Shown piece by piece: positions 29,835-41,844 of a stretch of DNA of 64,000 bases; position 1 is the stretch's first letter; every line of letters starts with the position of its first letter. The translations under genes and the position numbers were made by a program. Origin of the DNA: Lama glama (Eukaryota); assembly GCA_028534125.1 (NCBI GenBank), contig CM052817.1, positions 2,544,001-2,608,000 on the forward strand, read 5' to 3'. The notes beneath the pieces are model-generated. The model was given only the letters and a program-made list of their open reading frames with translations, was not told the DNA's origin and did not search any database.

Positions 29835-30175
29835 ATATATTAATGTCCAATAAGCACATGAAAAGAAGCTCAACATCACTGACCTTTAGGAAAGCGCAAA
29901 TTAAAACACAATGAAATTCCATTACACTCCCACAAACATGGCTGAAACTAAAAAGATAACAACACCAAGTGTTGGTGAGGACGTGGAACACACGAAGCTT
30001 TACTCTGCTGGAAGGATTGCAAGTGGTGTGGCCGCTCTGAAGCCAGGCTGGCAGTTTCTCATAAAGTTAAATGGACATTTTCCATGTGACCCAGCAACTC
30101 CACTCCTGTTTATTTACACATGAATAATAAAATCATATGTTCACACAAAGACCTGTACACAAGTGTTCAGAGTGG
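29835..30175 (+). mobile_element. Older L1 (L1MC/ME-like) ORF2 3' fragment
   Basis: caataagcacatgaaaagaagctcaacatcactga...caccaagtgttggtgaggacgtggaaca...tgacccagcaactccactcctg...atgttcacacaaagacctgtacac. Confidence 0.8.
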
Positions 30176-30349
30176 TGCCTCCACTGGTGGCCAACTGGGG
30201 GTTTTGCTTTTTTAAATCATTAAGAACTCATGAATTTAAATATACTTAAAGCATCTCAGATCACTGCTGTTAATGCCTACATCGCATTTAGTGAAGTTCA
30301 AATTTTGCATGTTTGATCAGTAGTGGCCTCATCTCTTTGACTTCTGAGT

Positions 30350-30775
30350 CTTTTTTTAATGTCTTTTTTATTGTGATAAACATATGTAATATAAAATTTA
30401 CCATTTTAACCATTTTTAAGTGTACAGTTCAGCAGCATTAAGCACATTCACATTCATTGCACGGTGTCGCCACTATCCATCTCCAGAACTTTTCCATCAT
30501 CTTTTCCAAACAGAAACTCTGCCCTCGCTAAACACTTATTGCTTATTGCCTTCTCCCCTCTGCCTCTGCTGCCATCATTCTACTTTCTCTATAAATAGGA
30601 CTGCTCTGGGTAACTCGTGTAAGTGGAATCACATAATATTTGCCTTTTGTGATTGTCTTGTTTCACTTAAGGTTCATCCATGTTGGCTCATGTGTCAGAA
30701 TTTCCTTCGTTTGGGGGGTTGAATATTATTCTGCTGTATGAGAAGGTCACATTTTGTTTACCCATTCTTCAGCAG
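30350..30775 (-). mobile_element. L1MB-like 3' end
   Basis: tttattgtgataaacatatgtaatataaaatttaccattttaaccatttttaagtgtacagttcag...gtaagtggaatcacataatatttgccttttgtg. Confidence 0.88.
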
Positions 30776-32854
30776 CCTCTGGTGGAACCAGACTGGTGTG
30801 CAGTAGGTGCCTGGCAGTATTTTTGAGTGGAAGAGAGACCAGAGTCAGGATATGGGGTATGTCGCTTCCTTTGTACCCTCTCAGTGCTCTGGACCCCTCT
30901 GCCTTATAGGACATCTGTTTACATACCTGCTTGTCTCCCCCATGAGATCCCGAGCTCCATGGAGGCGGGGACGAGTCTAATCTACTTATTTTCTATGTAA
31001 CGTGGTACCTGGCAACAGTGGGTCTTGGTGAGTGTTGGACAATGAAATAACAGTTATAAATGGCAGTTCGATGAGGCAAGGGGCCTGGAAAGGCTGAAAG
31101 GACTGGGTTAGCACAGAGATTGGGTTAACTTTTGGGGAAGGGGAGTCTGTTGGTTGAGGAGCAGCCTCGCCTGAGGTCAGCACCAGGGACAGCTCCCAGC
31201 ACGGCCACCCAGGCCTCTTCCATCTGCTCAGATGCGGACCGCCAGGTCTACCAGGGCCCCAGGAGGTTCAGACGGCGGTACACCCTTCCCTCGGAGGACG
31301 TGGACTCAACGGGCAAGTGCCAACCCCTCCAGCTGCTGGGGTGGGGAAAATGGAACGGGAGGCACTTAATGGGTAAGAGGGGCGTTATACTCACCTGGTG
31401 ACTGACGACCGGGCCAGCAGGACCAGACCTAGCTCCAGGCAGGGGCTTCTCCACCAAGAGGACACTGGTCTGGGGGCAGGAGACCTGATCTCAGACCTGA
31501 CCTTATGAAGTTGCCTCATGTCGCCAAAGGTTCACTGGTGGGTCTGGGAGGTGGGCACTCTCACGCCCTCCCTGGTTGGCCTCTCTCTTGTTCTGACCAC
31601 CCACCTGCAGAGGCAGACCAAGGCCGAAAGCCAGGGGCCTTGACCCTTGGCTCTGAGATGGTCACCAGGGTAAACAAACCTTCTGTTTCAGGGAGAGAAG
31701 AGAAGCCTAAAATGGGCTTGAGCCAAGAGGGGATGGGGTCAACCTCCATCTCTCACCCAGTCTGAGACCCCAGGCACAGCCCCCCTCTCTGGTGGGGTTA
31801 TTCAATTACACAGTGGGCACCATCACACCACTTCGCCTCAGCACTGAGGGAGACACAAGTCGGTGGGCTGGGTGCTTCACCCGCACGGGTCCCACACCAC
31901 GGGAGGGTCTGGCAGAGACAGCGCCTGCCCTCCCTTGGCCTCCGCATGGGCCGCAGGACCCCGTCTGAGTGTCAGTGGGCCTGGGCTGTGTTCCCTTTCT
32001 CATCCCCTGACTGTCACACTGCGCCCTCTCTTCCCAGAAAAGCTTCTAAATTTAGGCAGACATCTTTTCCTTCTGATGAGAAGGGTGATGCCGATAACCA
32101 GAAGAGCTCTGAGCAGGGCGGGAACGGCCCAGGTAGGGGCAGATTTGGGGGGGTGTGGAGGGCGGCTAACTTCCTAGCGTTGCCCTCAGATCAATCTCTG
32201 ACAGGTTGTTCCTGGAACTGTGCTTTTTACCCAAGGTCGCCGCCTCCCTTTCTTCTGAGAGTGTCGGCCACAGACAGGACGCGGTCTCTGCCCGTCGCCA
32301 ACAGGTAGCGCCCGCTTCCCTCTGGGGGTTTGGTGGGAGCCCTGTGGCCCCTCTGTCCACCAGGGATGGGCTGGGTGGCATGCGCTGTCCTTTCCTGCTC
32401 AGGCCTCCAGGGCCCCAAGGTTCTGCCCCTCCCTGGGGGGGGGGTCAATCCAGACACGTGTGATTTACAGGACAGCTGCCATCTGAGGCCACAGCCTGCG
32501 CCTGCGGATTTCCTTTATTTCCAAACTCACAACAAACCCTGAGAGCAGGCGCTGTTACTGCCTTCGGACAGAAAAGCCAGTGAGGCTCAGCGAGGCCACC
32601 AGCACGCCCGGGTCCGGGGACAGGGCAGAGTAGGGCTCAGACTCGGGCCTGTTTGACTCCAGAAGTCTTTCTCTCTCCAGGCTCCCCCAGCGTCCTCTCT
32701 ACTAAAATCCCACCAGGTAATGGGCTCCTTGGCGGTGGCGGGGCTGCAGCCACCAGCCAAAAACAGCTCCTGCTTCAAGGGCTCATGGGGCAGAGGGACA
32801 GACGGACCCTGACGGATGTTAACGAGGTCAATACTTCAGCAAAAAGAGGCGGTG

Positions 32855-33215
32855 CAGCGGGTGAGTGGTGTCTTCCAAAACCTAGGGCCACTTGGAAGCT
32901 CAGAATGTGGTTTTATTTGGAAGTGAGGTCTTTTGCGGATTTAATTAAGGTAAAGATTTTGACATGAAATCATCCCGGTTCCCAATGGGTCTTAAATCCA
33001 AGGACAGGTATCCTTTCAGGAAGAGGAGAAAACACAGAAGAGGAGAGGCCACGCGAAGACGGAGCAGAGAGCGGCGTGCTGCGGCCACGTGCCCGGGGCG
33101 CCTGGGCCACCAGGAGTGGACGGGACCAGGAAGCGTGCTCCCCTGGAGGCTCTGAGAGAGCCTGGTCCTGCCTCCGGAACCGTAGGAGAGTCAGTCTGCT
33201 GTTTTACGTTTGTGG
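32855..33215 (+). mobile_element. MLT1B-like solo LTR
   Basis: ctcagaatgtggttttatttggaagtgaggtcttttgcggatttaattaaggtaaag...ggtcttaaatccaaggacaggtatcc...gaggccacgcgaagacggagcagag. Confidence 0.82.
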
Positions 33216-34649
33216 TCATTTCTTCATCAACCCTGTAAGTTACCCCTTTTTTTCTCCAGTGATTGCAAAATGTGTCCCCTCTCTGCATCCAAGCAGACCC
33301 TCATCTGCGGGGACAGGAGTGTGCAGAGCCGTCAGGTACTGTGCTCCCGCGGGGAGACCACCATGCATCCGTGAAATGACAGAGGCAGAGTGTATGGGCA
33401 TCCCGTGCGGCCCCTCAGGGTCCGGTTCGCAAACCTGAGAACTCATGAAACAGGCAGCTGGGCCCCGGCCCCGGCGTGTCTGATGGGGCAGGTCTGGGGC
33501 CAGAGGATCTGCCTGGCCAGCAAGTCCAGGTGGTCCTGATGCTGTGGCTCCAGGGGCCCCACCCCGATCCCCTCCACCTGATGATGCACCCACCCCCCAC
33601 CTCCCCTGCCCGGCCCCCCAGCTGTTGGGGATGTTAGTGCACATGGCTCCCGGCCACCGTCCTCTCCAGAGAACTGCCCTCAGCCAGCCTGACCCCCGGA
33701 CCCGACGAAGCCAGGTCTGAGTCCACCCTCTTTGCCAGGCAGCCTGTGGCCAGTGAGACATCAACCAGCCCTGCAGCCTCAAGGGACATGACGCCATCCT
33801 CCAGGTTCTCCTGAGAGCACGCCCTCAGTGAGCCACTTGCAGAGAATCCCCAACTCGGACTCTGCTTCTAGGCAAGTGATGCAAATCCGCCCGCCCCCCG
33901 CCCCCCGGCAGACAGCGAGCTGTGTGGGTCAGGTGCTGAGAAAGGCGACGGTCACCAGCAAGAAGGACGACTGGGGAGGTCCTGCCCTTGGGGGCCTGGC
34001 GAGTAATCACAGAACCAGCTTCTCAGAACGTGAACTCTTTCCTGCCGCAGCAGGTCCACAGTACTGGGACGAGCCAGCAGGGATCTGACAGACGAGGAGG
34101 AAAGAGCCAGGTGGAGTGCAGCGGGAAGGGCAACCCAAGCAGAGGGAACAGCAAGTGTGAAGGCCAGGAGGCAAGAGAGAGCGCGGTGAGTTGGGGGACT
34201 CAGGCTGGTGTGACCGGTGGGCAGAGCACGAGGGAGAGGCCAGGAGGCATGGACCTGCAGCCCCGGGCCCCCTCGGTCACTGCTTTCCGCCCTCAGAGCC
34301 CAGGGCAGACCCTGGAGGGCGGGGGTGGGGCTGCCCGGAGGGGCTGTGTCTTTTGGGAGGGTGACTATGGCTGAGAGGCTGCAGAACTGTCCCATGTCTT
34401 GCAGTGGGTCAGCGGTACAGATGTGCCAGGATGCCTGGCCCTCAGGGTGCCCCGGTACCCCCAGGGAAAGTCCCCCGGGTCACGCTGAGTCTCCCATGGG
34501 ATGCAGCGGAGCTGCTCTCTCCCCACACCTGCAGCCCCTGGCTCCTGCCCGTTTCCACTCCTCTTTCCAGCAGCTGCATCAGGAGAGGTGCCGGAGTCAA
34601 CCCGCTCATCTCCTCCTGCAGCTGGCCCCACCAGCCACTCCCCAGCTGC

Positions 34650-35800
34650 CCCAGACAAGGCCCCCACGGGCCTCTGTGTTGCAGCCCAGTAGCTGCCTTT
34701 GTGTCCATGTGACTGGCCTCTCGTGGCGCAGATGTCCATGTGACCTGTCCTCTAGGAAACACCTTCCTTACACGCTCTCCAGGCCTCTTGTCTTCCTCCA
34801 GCCTCGTCTCCTGCTGGCTCCTCCTTCTCTCCACGACCTCCTAGCTCTGGAGGCCAAGTGCCCCGCCCTTGGCTCTGGTCATGAGCTTTCCGGGTGGACT
34901 CATCCATCTACAGCCAAGGCCCCACGTTCACATCCCCAGCCTGGCCCCGAACTCCGACCCACGAGGCCAGCTGCCCCCGGGCCTCTCCCCTGGTGCCAAT
35001 AGACACTGCCAGCCAATTCAGAACTGAGCTCCTGGCCCTTTCCTGTTATGCCCGCAGCCTCACAGTTAAGAGGGGACATGAACCCCAGGTCACCCTGGAT
35101 GTCTGCACTGTGCTCCCATCCCACATCCAAGCTACCAATGTGTCCTGCTGGCTCAGCCTTCAAAACACACCCAGAATCGGAGACCCCCCACCCCACTCCT
35201 CCCTGGCTAAGCCCTGGTCATCTCCGCCCAGTGGTTCCAGTCTCCTCACTGGTCTCCCTGCTTTATTGCTGTCCCCTAGAGACTGTACTTGAAACAGCAG
35301 CCAGCATGACTTTTTTTTTTCACCTCATTTCTTTTCTCTGCTCCAAAATCCCTCCACTGACTCCTCATTTCACTCAGAGTAAAAGCCAAAGCTCTCTCAA
35401 TGCCTTAAAAAGTTTTCCCCATCTGGCCCCCGTCACCTACTCTGAACCAGCCACTCAGACATTCTCGCTGTTCCAGGAGCAGCCAGGCACAGCTCACCCC
35501 AGGGCCTTTGCACTGTCTGCCCTCTCCATTCAGAACACTCCTCTCCAAACAGCTGCTGAGTGTATCCCTTCAAGTTCACGCTCAAACATCCCTTCTCAAT
35601 GAGGCATGCTCTGGCCATGGTGTTTAACATGGGAACCCCCAGCTCCGCTCCTCTGAGCTGTAAATACTTCTGTTATGCTACAGGAGTTGTTCTCTCCACT
35701 ATACTGTAAGCTCTGAGGTGAGCAGAGTTTTTGTTTGTGTTGTTTTCCATGGATGAATCCCCAGCACCTACAAGGTAGCAGGCGTCGGGCGCTCCAACGT
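34650..35800 (+). mobile_element. L2 LINE 3' portion
   Basis: cctcactggtctccctgc, cactcagagtaaaagccaaag, cagggcctttgcactgtctg, tgtaagctctgaggtgagcagag...atccccagcacct. Confidence 0.8.
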
Positions 35801-35984
35801 CTGCAGATTGCATAGAGGGGGAGCAGCTGGCAAAGCTGTCTGAGAAGCAGCGGCAGGGAGGTAGGCAGAAGTGAGGAGAGGGTGTTCTCCCCCCCCCCGA
35901 TCAGCCCGTGCCCAGCACTCAGCAGCTCTGCTCCCCACGGCTTCTCTGGCCCCACGTGTCTCTGATGAGCAGGGGCTGGGGTTT

Positions 35985-36125
35985 CTCTAAGGTCTGCGCT
36001 GAACTTAGTGTGCAGCAGAATGACCCCAGGCAGCTTGTTCAAACAGACTGCCGGGCCCCACCTCCACAGTTTCTGATGCAGCAGGGCTGGGGCAGGGCTG
36101 AGAATCTGCATTTCTAGCTCCTTCT
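35985..36125. mobile_element. MER5A-like hAT MITE
   Basis: gcagcagaatgaccccaggcagcttgttcaaacagactgccgggccccacctccacagtttctgatgcagcagggctggggcagggctgagaatctgcatttcta. Confidence 0.8.
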
Positions 36126-36285
36126 GATTGATTCGGACAACATATCTACAGAAGAGTGGAGTTGCCAGGACACAGGCTAAGTGCATCTTCAACTGCTTCA
36201 CAAAGCTGTATCCCACCAGCACAGAGATGGAAGTCGTTTCCTTCGTGCCCCGGGTCTGTGTCTCAGTGCTCCGCGTAGTTATCTG

Positions 36286-36746
36286 CAGCCACACCTTGTT
36301 TCACTGCGCGTGCTTTGTTGCGCCTTGCAGATACTGCACTTTTGGCAAATTGAAGGACTGCGGCCACCCTGCCCTAAATGCGTCTGCCAGTGCCATTTCT
36401 CCGACAGCATTTGCTCACTTCATGTCTCTTGGTCACATCTGGGAAATCGTTGCAATGTTTCAAGCTTCTCCATTATTGCTCTGTTCTGGTGATCTGTGAT
36501 CAATGAACTTTGCTGCTGCAGTTGCAGAAGATGACTTGTTGAAGGCTCAGGTGACAGTTAGCATGTTATAGCAATAAAGTATTTTTAAAACAAGGTACGT
36601 GCATTATTTTTCTAGACACAATGCTATTGCAGACTTCATAGACTACCTCATAGCGTAAACATACCTCTTACGTGCACTGGGAAGCCAAACGTGGTGTTCG
36701 GTCGTGGGGGCTGGGCTGGAGCTGCGGCGTCTCCGAGGGACGCCCG
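36286..36746 (+). mobile_element. Tigger1 internal-deletion derivative (Tigger1a-like)
   Basis: Left arm cagccacaccttgtttcactgcgc...caaattgaagg...ggtgatctgtgatca joined to right arm gaaggctcagg...gcaataaagtattttta...gcactgggaagccaaa...ctccgagggacgcccg. Confidence 0.88.
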
Positions 36747-36967
36747 TGCTGTCTGTTCGCGCACCAGCACCACCCTGCTGTCGTCGCGGCAGCCCTTCCG
36801 CACCCTCGATGGCCTCTTCTCCTTGGTCAGACTTTCAACACCGACTTCTCACTCTTTAAATATAGAAAACGTACTCTTGGATGGTTCCCCCGTTGCAGAC
36901 TCTGTGCATCTAATTCTGCAAATTTTAAATGTTGTGACTTTTCCTCAGGTATTATTTTCTCATTGTT

Positions 36968-37195
36968 ATTAAAAAAATTTTTATTATTGAAGTATAGTCA
37001 GTTTACAGTGTTGTGTCAATTTCTGTGCACAGCATCATGTTTCGGTCAGACATACACATGCATATGCTCGTTCTCATGTTCTTTCTCGTTAGAGGTTACA
37101 CAAGATGCTGAGGGTCGTTCCCTGTGCTGTAAGGAACAGACTTGCTTTGTATCTATTTTATAGATAGTAGTTAGTACCTGCAAATCTCGAGCTGT
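36968..37195 (-). mobile_element. Young L1 3' end of camelid/artiodactyl type, 5'-truncated
   Basis: tttattattgaagtatagtcagtttacagtgttgtgtcaatttctg...gttccctgtgctg...tctattttatagatagtagttagtacctgcaaatctcga. Confidence 0.8.
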
Positions 37196-40029
37196 TATTT
37201 TATACCGCTTGTAACGTACCGTGCAGAAAATGTCTGAGGCCCGGGGTGGGTGCAGCCCGTGGGCAGGTTTGTGCTTTCCCCGCCTGGCACCTGGAGTCTC
37301 GGGGATCCTGGGACCACTTTAAGCCTCACTCCCACCTTCCTTTTTTTGGCAGTGGGGACGCACAGCAGTGTGACTTCAGACCTCAGGGGGGGAGGAGGTC
37401 TCAGAGAGTTTTCTCTGTTCTACTCAGAACTCACCATCTCCCTCTGTGAGACTGTGTCTTTCTTGCCCATTTCAGAAGTGCTGGCTTAAGAAGGGGTCTC
37501 TGTTTCAACTTGCAACCCCGTTTGGGCCCTGGGTCTGCTCCTCATCCCCCAGTCCCGTGGGGGCCCTTGGAAGCTTGTCTCTAAGACACCCGAGATGCAC
37601 AGAGGTCTCCCAGACAAGCCTCGCCCTTGTGCGGGCTCACAGTCCTGAGTTCACGGTCCTCATCGTTTCTAGCCAGTGAGGGGTCCCCTTACTTTTTCGC
37701 TAGCTCAAATATGCATCTCAAAAGGTGTCATGTGAAACGTACAAGATGTGTACGTAGTGTATATTTATTGCATCCAACATTGTTTTGAACCTGGACGATG
37801 TCTCCAGATGTCTAGATTGTTACATTGCCGGGGGGGGGGTCCTTTATTTCCAAAAAAAAGAAAAAGCCACTTACTCATTAACAGAAAGCATCATTGAGTA
37901 TATACTGTCTACTGGGCACTGGGACTGGCGCTGTGCCCGCCCCTGAGGGCCCCTCATCCAGGGAAGGGACAGGCAGAGCCTGCAAAGTCACAAGGGTGGC
38001 CAAGGGGCACCCAGGCTGCTGCTTCCACTGCAGTCGGAGGCGACAGAAGCCATGAGAAGTGGATCAGGGTTATGCCCGCCTGGAGACTCAGCACGGTGGC
38101 CGCAGTAGGAGGGTCTTATCTGAACTGCCAACCTCTGCTGTGGCTCATTGGACAAAGACTCTGGGTCATAACCGTGAAATTTACTGATGCACCCTGGAAA
38201 CGACGTCTGTTGCCTATGGTGAGGTCTCTCTGTCTGAAGGCATTGAACTGCCCACAGGAGCTGCCGGGAGAGTGAGGTGGGTGTGTGGTGCAGTCTACGG
38301 CTGTCTGAGTCATTCTCCAATCATATTCTTGTCGGCCCTCCGAGTACTTAAGGTGATTTACGGACCCTTGTTAAGTGCGGCCATGATTGGATGGGCCTGA
38401 AGTCACTACCAACAATTAAGAAGCCGCCATCGATTCCACTAACCAGCAAATGGGCAGTTGAAGGGCACTTGAGATGGGGCCTCACGGGAGGTCATCTCCC
38501 TCTTCCCTGGGGACCCGCGCAGACCACCCACTCCAAGCCGGCAGTGGGCTTTGTGTGGGTGTGGCAGCATGGCGGCGGCGGGCCGCACACAGGCTCCAGG
38601 GGAGAGGGGATCAGGCACACACCCAGCAGGGACTGTGAGCAAAGCCCCACCTCCACATCCTCCCCTTGCTCCCAAAGGCCAGCGTCCCCCCCTCGCCGGT
38701 GGCTGTGATCACAGGCAGCAACGCGTGTGCCTGGAATATGGCGGTCACACGACCAGCTGTCGCTGTTGCTGTATTTAGACAGGTGATGAGTGGGAACCTG
38801 GGTAACTGGAAAGCAGGCCGCGGTTACAGGGCTGCCGCGTCACATTAGGGAGGTCACGTTATGTCATTATTAACATGAACACAACCCGACGCTGGGCGGA
38901 CGTGAACTAGGGGAAGAAGGGCTCCCTGCCCTCAGACGAGGCAGCCCCGCTCGGCAGCCCGACAGGCAAGATGGAGCCCCGGCCTCCGTGCCGAGCGGAG
39001 GGGCTGGGCTCCAGGCTCAGTTAAACTGTCTTTCTCTCCCATAAATCTTCGTAAGCTACTGTAAGGCCCATCAGACCCCTCAATTGCCATTTAAGTGTAT
39101 TTTCCTGCGCTAACTGCTTCTTGTTAAATAGTTTGACATTTATGCGTCTAGACTTCGGTTGTTTTGATATTGATTTGGTCCAGGACGGTAATGGAGGGGA
39201 AAGGCAGCATGGGCCGTGCCACCATGGGCAGCAGCTGTATATCTCAGTTAAGTGGATTACTTATTTTCTCATGTCAGAAGCCAGAGGGAAGCCCACGTGG
39301 GGTCTGGAAGAGGCGGCACCCTCCAAAACGTCTCTCCACGTCTTCAGGGCTGGTCTCCTGGCAGGCGCGAGCCTGTGCCCTCTGGGGGTCCCAGTGCCAG
39401 AGTCGGGGGTGGGTGGTGATGGGCACGTCAAAGAAGGGTGAAACCGACTCAACTCCTGGGCTTGCCAGGCCTTTCATTCCTCTGCACCTTCGTCTATGCT
39501 ATTCCCTGAGATAGGAGGGCCCTTCTTGCCTCAAGTTAGTAAACTCCTACTCATCCCTCAAGACCCCATGCATATGCTCCCTTCTCGGCAGGTTCTCCTC
39601 GGTTTCCCAGGGAACGATGCATGCAGTGATGTGGTGATGCGGACACCCAGGGGGCTCAGAGTCGGACTTAGAGGTCAGCCAGGACCCCCTCGTCAACACG
39701 TGGGGGAGGAAGGTGTGACCTGCTCAAGGCCGCCCAGCAAGTCTGAGAGCAGGCCCTCCAGCTCCGGCCCGACCCTCTTCCAGCCTGCTCTCTGCACACG
39801 CTGCCCGGCTTACACCAGGTGTGGCCGTCCTTGTGACCCCAGCTCGTGCTGCAGACAACACCGGGGAGCTTGTGGCCAGAGAGTGAGTCTCCGATTGATA
39901 CTCAGGAGCCCAGGAACCGCGCGGAGCCGCAGGCCGCAGGCGGGCAGCCTGGGTGAGTCACGCCTGCAGGAGGGCGAGGGAAGACCCTTCCCTCTCCCCA
40001 CCTCTGCTCTCCTTTGTCCTCTGTGTCTC

Positions 40030-41270
40030 TTTCGAAACATTTTAGAAACACAAAAAAATAGAGGAAAAATTCCACCCACGTTTCCAGCTCTCAGAATCCG
40101 CAAATGCCCACGTCTCATCGTTTTCATCTAGATTCGTGGAAATAAGGGAAATAAAAGCCACGGCTGAAGTTTGCGGGTCTCCTGCCCATTCTCTCCCCCA
40201 CCGTTTGGAATGTGGCTTCTCCAGCTGCGGCTGCGCAGCCCAGTCCCCAGAGACGGGCGTTTGCAAACAGTGGGTCGTCTTGCATTGTGTATCTTAAAGT
40301 GCAGGTAAAATGTGAAGACTCTGCTTTTACTGCACTGCCGTGTTTCAGCATATGAATACACCCCCGTTTTATTCATCCATCCCGCATGGTGGGCTGTCGG
40401 CTATTCCAGAGTTTGTGGCCCTGACCAGCAAGGCCCACCCCTCCTGCCCCGCCCCAGTGCACGTGTCACGGACTCAAGGAGGAGCATCCCTGGGAGGGAA
40501 GTGCTGGAGGCTGCTCCTTCGCTCGCCACCGCCGGTCTACCTAACTGATGCCCGAACGCCTGTCTGTCTGTTTATCCGCTGGTTGGAGAGTCACGTTCCC
40601 CTTCCCCTTGTGTCTTTTGTCCCTTTTCTACGGGGTCGCCTGCCCTTCGTCACTGAGTCAGGGCAGCGATGCATGCACCCCGGGTAGTCACCTTCCGTGC
40701 GGGGTACACCACAGGTGTTTTCGTCTGTTGCTCCACGTTTACCTTCATTTTCGTGTCTTTTACCCTACAGACCATTAAAATTGATGTCATCAAATCGACC
40801 CCTCTTTCCTTGCGGGTGATCGCCTCTGTCTCTTGACTCGGAATTTTCCTGCCCTGGGACTCTGAGCTCATCTTAAGCCTTTTCTTCTAACATCCTTGTT
40901 TTTTGCATTAAAATTTCCGATCCGTCTAGAAGCTTTATGGAAGGTGCGGATCTAATTTTTGCAGAAACAACTTTACATTTCCAGGATAAACCTTGCTTTT
41001 TCATGATAAACTTTTTTTTTATAATCTGCTGAAATGAATTTGCTAATTCTTCACTTAAGATTTTACAAATGCGTGCATAGACGTGGCCAGCATGTGTCTC
41101 TCTTGTACAGACTGTTGGCAGGTCTGATGTCAGATACACTGCCTCCTCGAACGAGGCAGTAGCTTTAATTGTTCTTCTCAGACAGTTTGAATAAGGTAGA
41201 GACTGTCTGCTGATTGAAAGATGTGTTACAACTCTCCTCGGAAATGGCCTGGGGCTGAAGAACCATATTT
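40030..41270 (-). mobile_element. Old L1 (L1ME-like) relic, partly GC-shifted
   Basis: Antisense ORF2 motifs ttacatttccaggataaaccttgc...gaatttgctaattcttcacttaagatttt...gtttgaataaggtagagactgtctg...actctcctcggaaatggcctggg. Confidence 0.65.
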
Positions 41271-41349
41271 TGGATTTTGTTGCTATTTAGACTACCTTAG
41301 GTTTTTAAGCTGTTTTATTTTTGCTGTTGAAAGGCAGAGCAGGGTGGTG

Positions 41350-41500
41350 ATGGAGACCTTTGGTCCTGGACCGAATCCAGCTGCCACGTCCGGCTGTGTG
41401 ACGTCCGGCAAGTTACTCCACCTCTCTGTATAAACAGAGTAGGACCCACTTCATAGGTTGTTGTGGAAAAATAGACAAGACTCTATGCATCAAGAGTTTT
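41350..41500 (+). mobile_element. MIR SINE
   Basis: gaatccagctgccacgtccggctgtgtgacgtccggcaagttactccacctctctgt...cttcataggttgttgtgga. Confidence 0.7.
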
Positions 41501-41629
41501 AAGTACTCTTTCAGCACTTAAAAACCAGCTTGGCAAACTAAGACTGGAGGATTGCCTTCGCCAGTACTGAGCACCTACCAAACCTGCGCAAACAGCCTGC
41601 TTGAAAGGGGCTATTAAACACCCTGCTCA

Positions 41630-41730
41630 GGGGAGGGTGCAGCTCAGGGTAGAGCACGTGCTTAGCATGCACGAGGTCCTGGGTTCAATCCCCAGTACCT
41701 CCACTAAAAAAATGTAATTAAAAAATTAAT
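41630..41730 (+). mobile_element. tRNA-Ala-derived camelid SINE (vic-1 type)
   Basis: ggggagggtgcagctcagggtagagcacgtgcttagcatgcacgaggtcctgggttcaatccccagtacctcca plus A-rich tail. Has A-box, B-box (ggttcaatcc) and an AGC anticodon-like loop. Confidence 0.88.
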
Positions 41731-41844
41731 TTTCTCCTGCACATCAGGAATCAGGCAGGAGTCTCCACCTGAAGCCAGTACGGCCAGGAGGCCCAGGTGG
41801 CATGGCAAGGAGGCAGAAAGGAAGAGCAGGCTGATTCGGGGGAA

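Noticed and set aside
41630..41703. Apparent tRNA-Ala(AGC) gene
   Set aside because: Extra bases and imperfect pairing in the acceptor region, an altered D-loop, and an A-rich tail instead of an oligo-T terminator. Fits a SINE copy.
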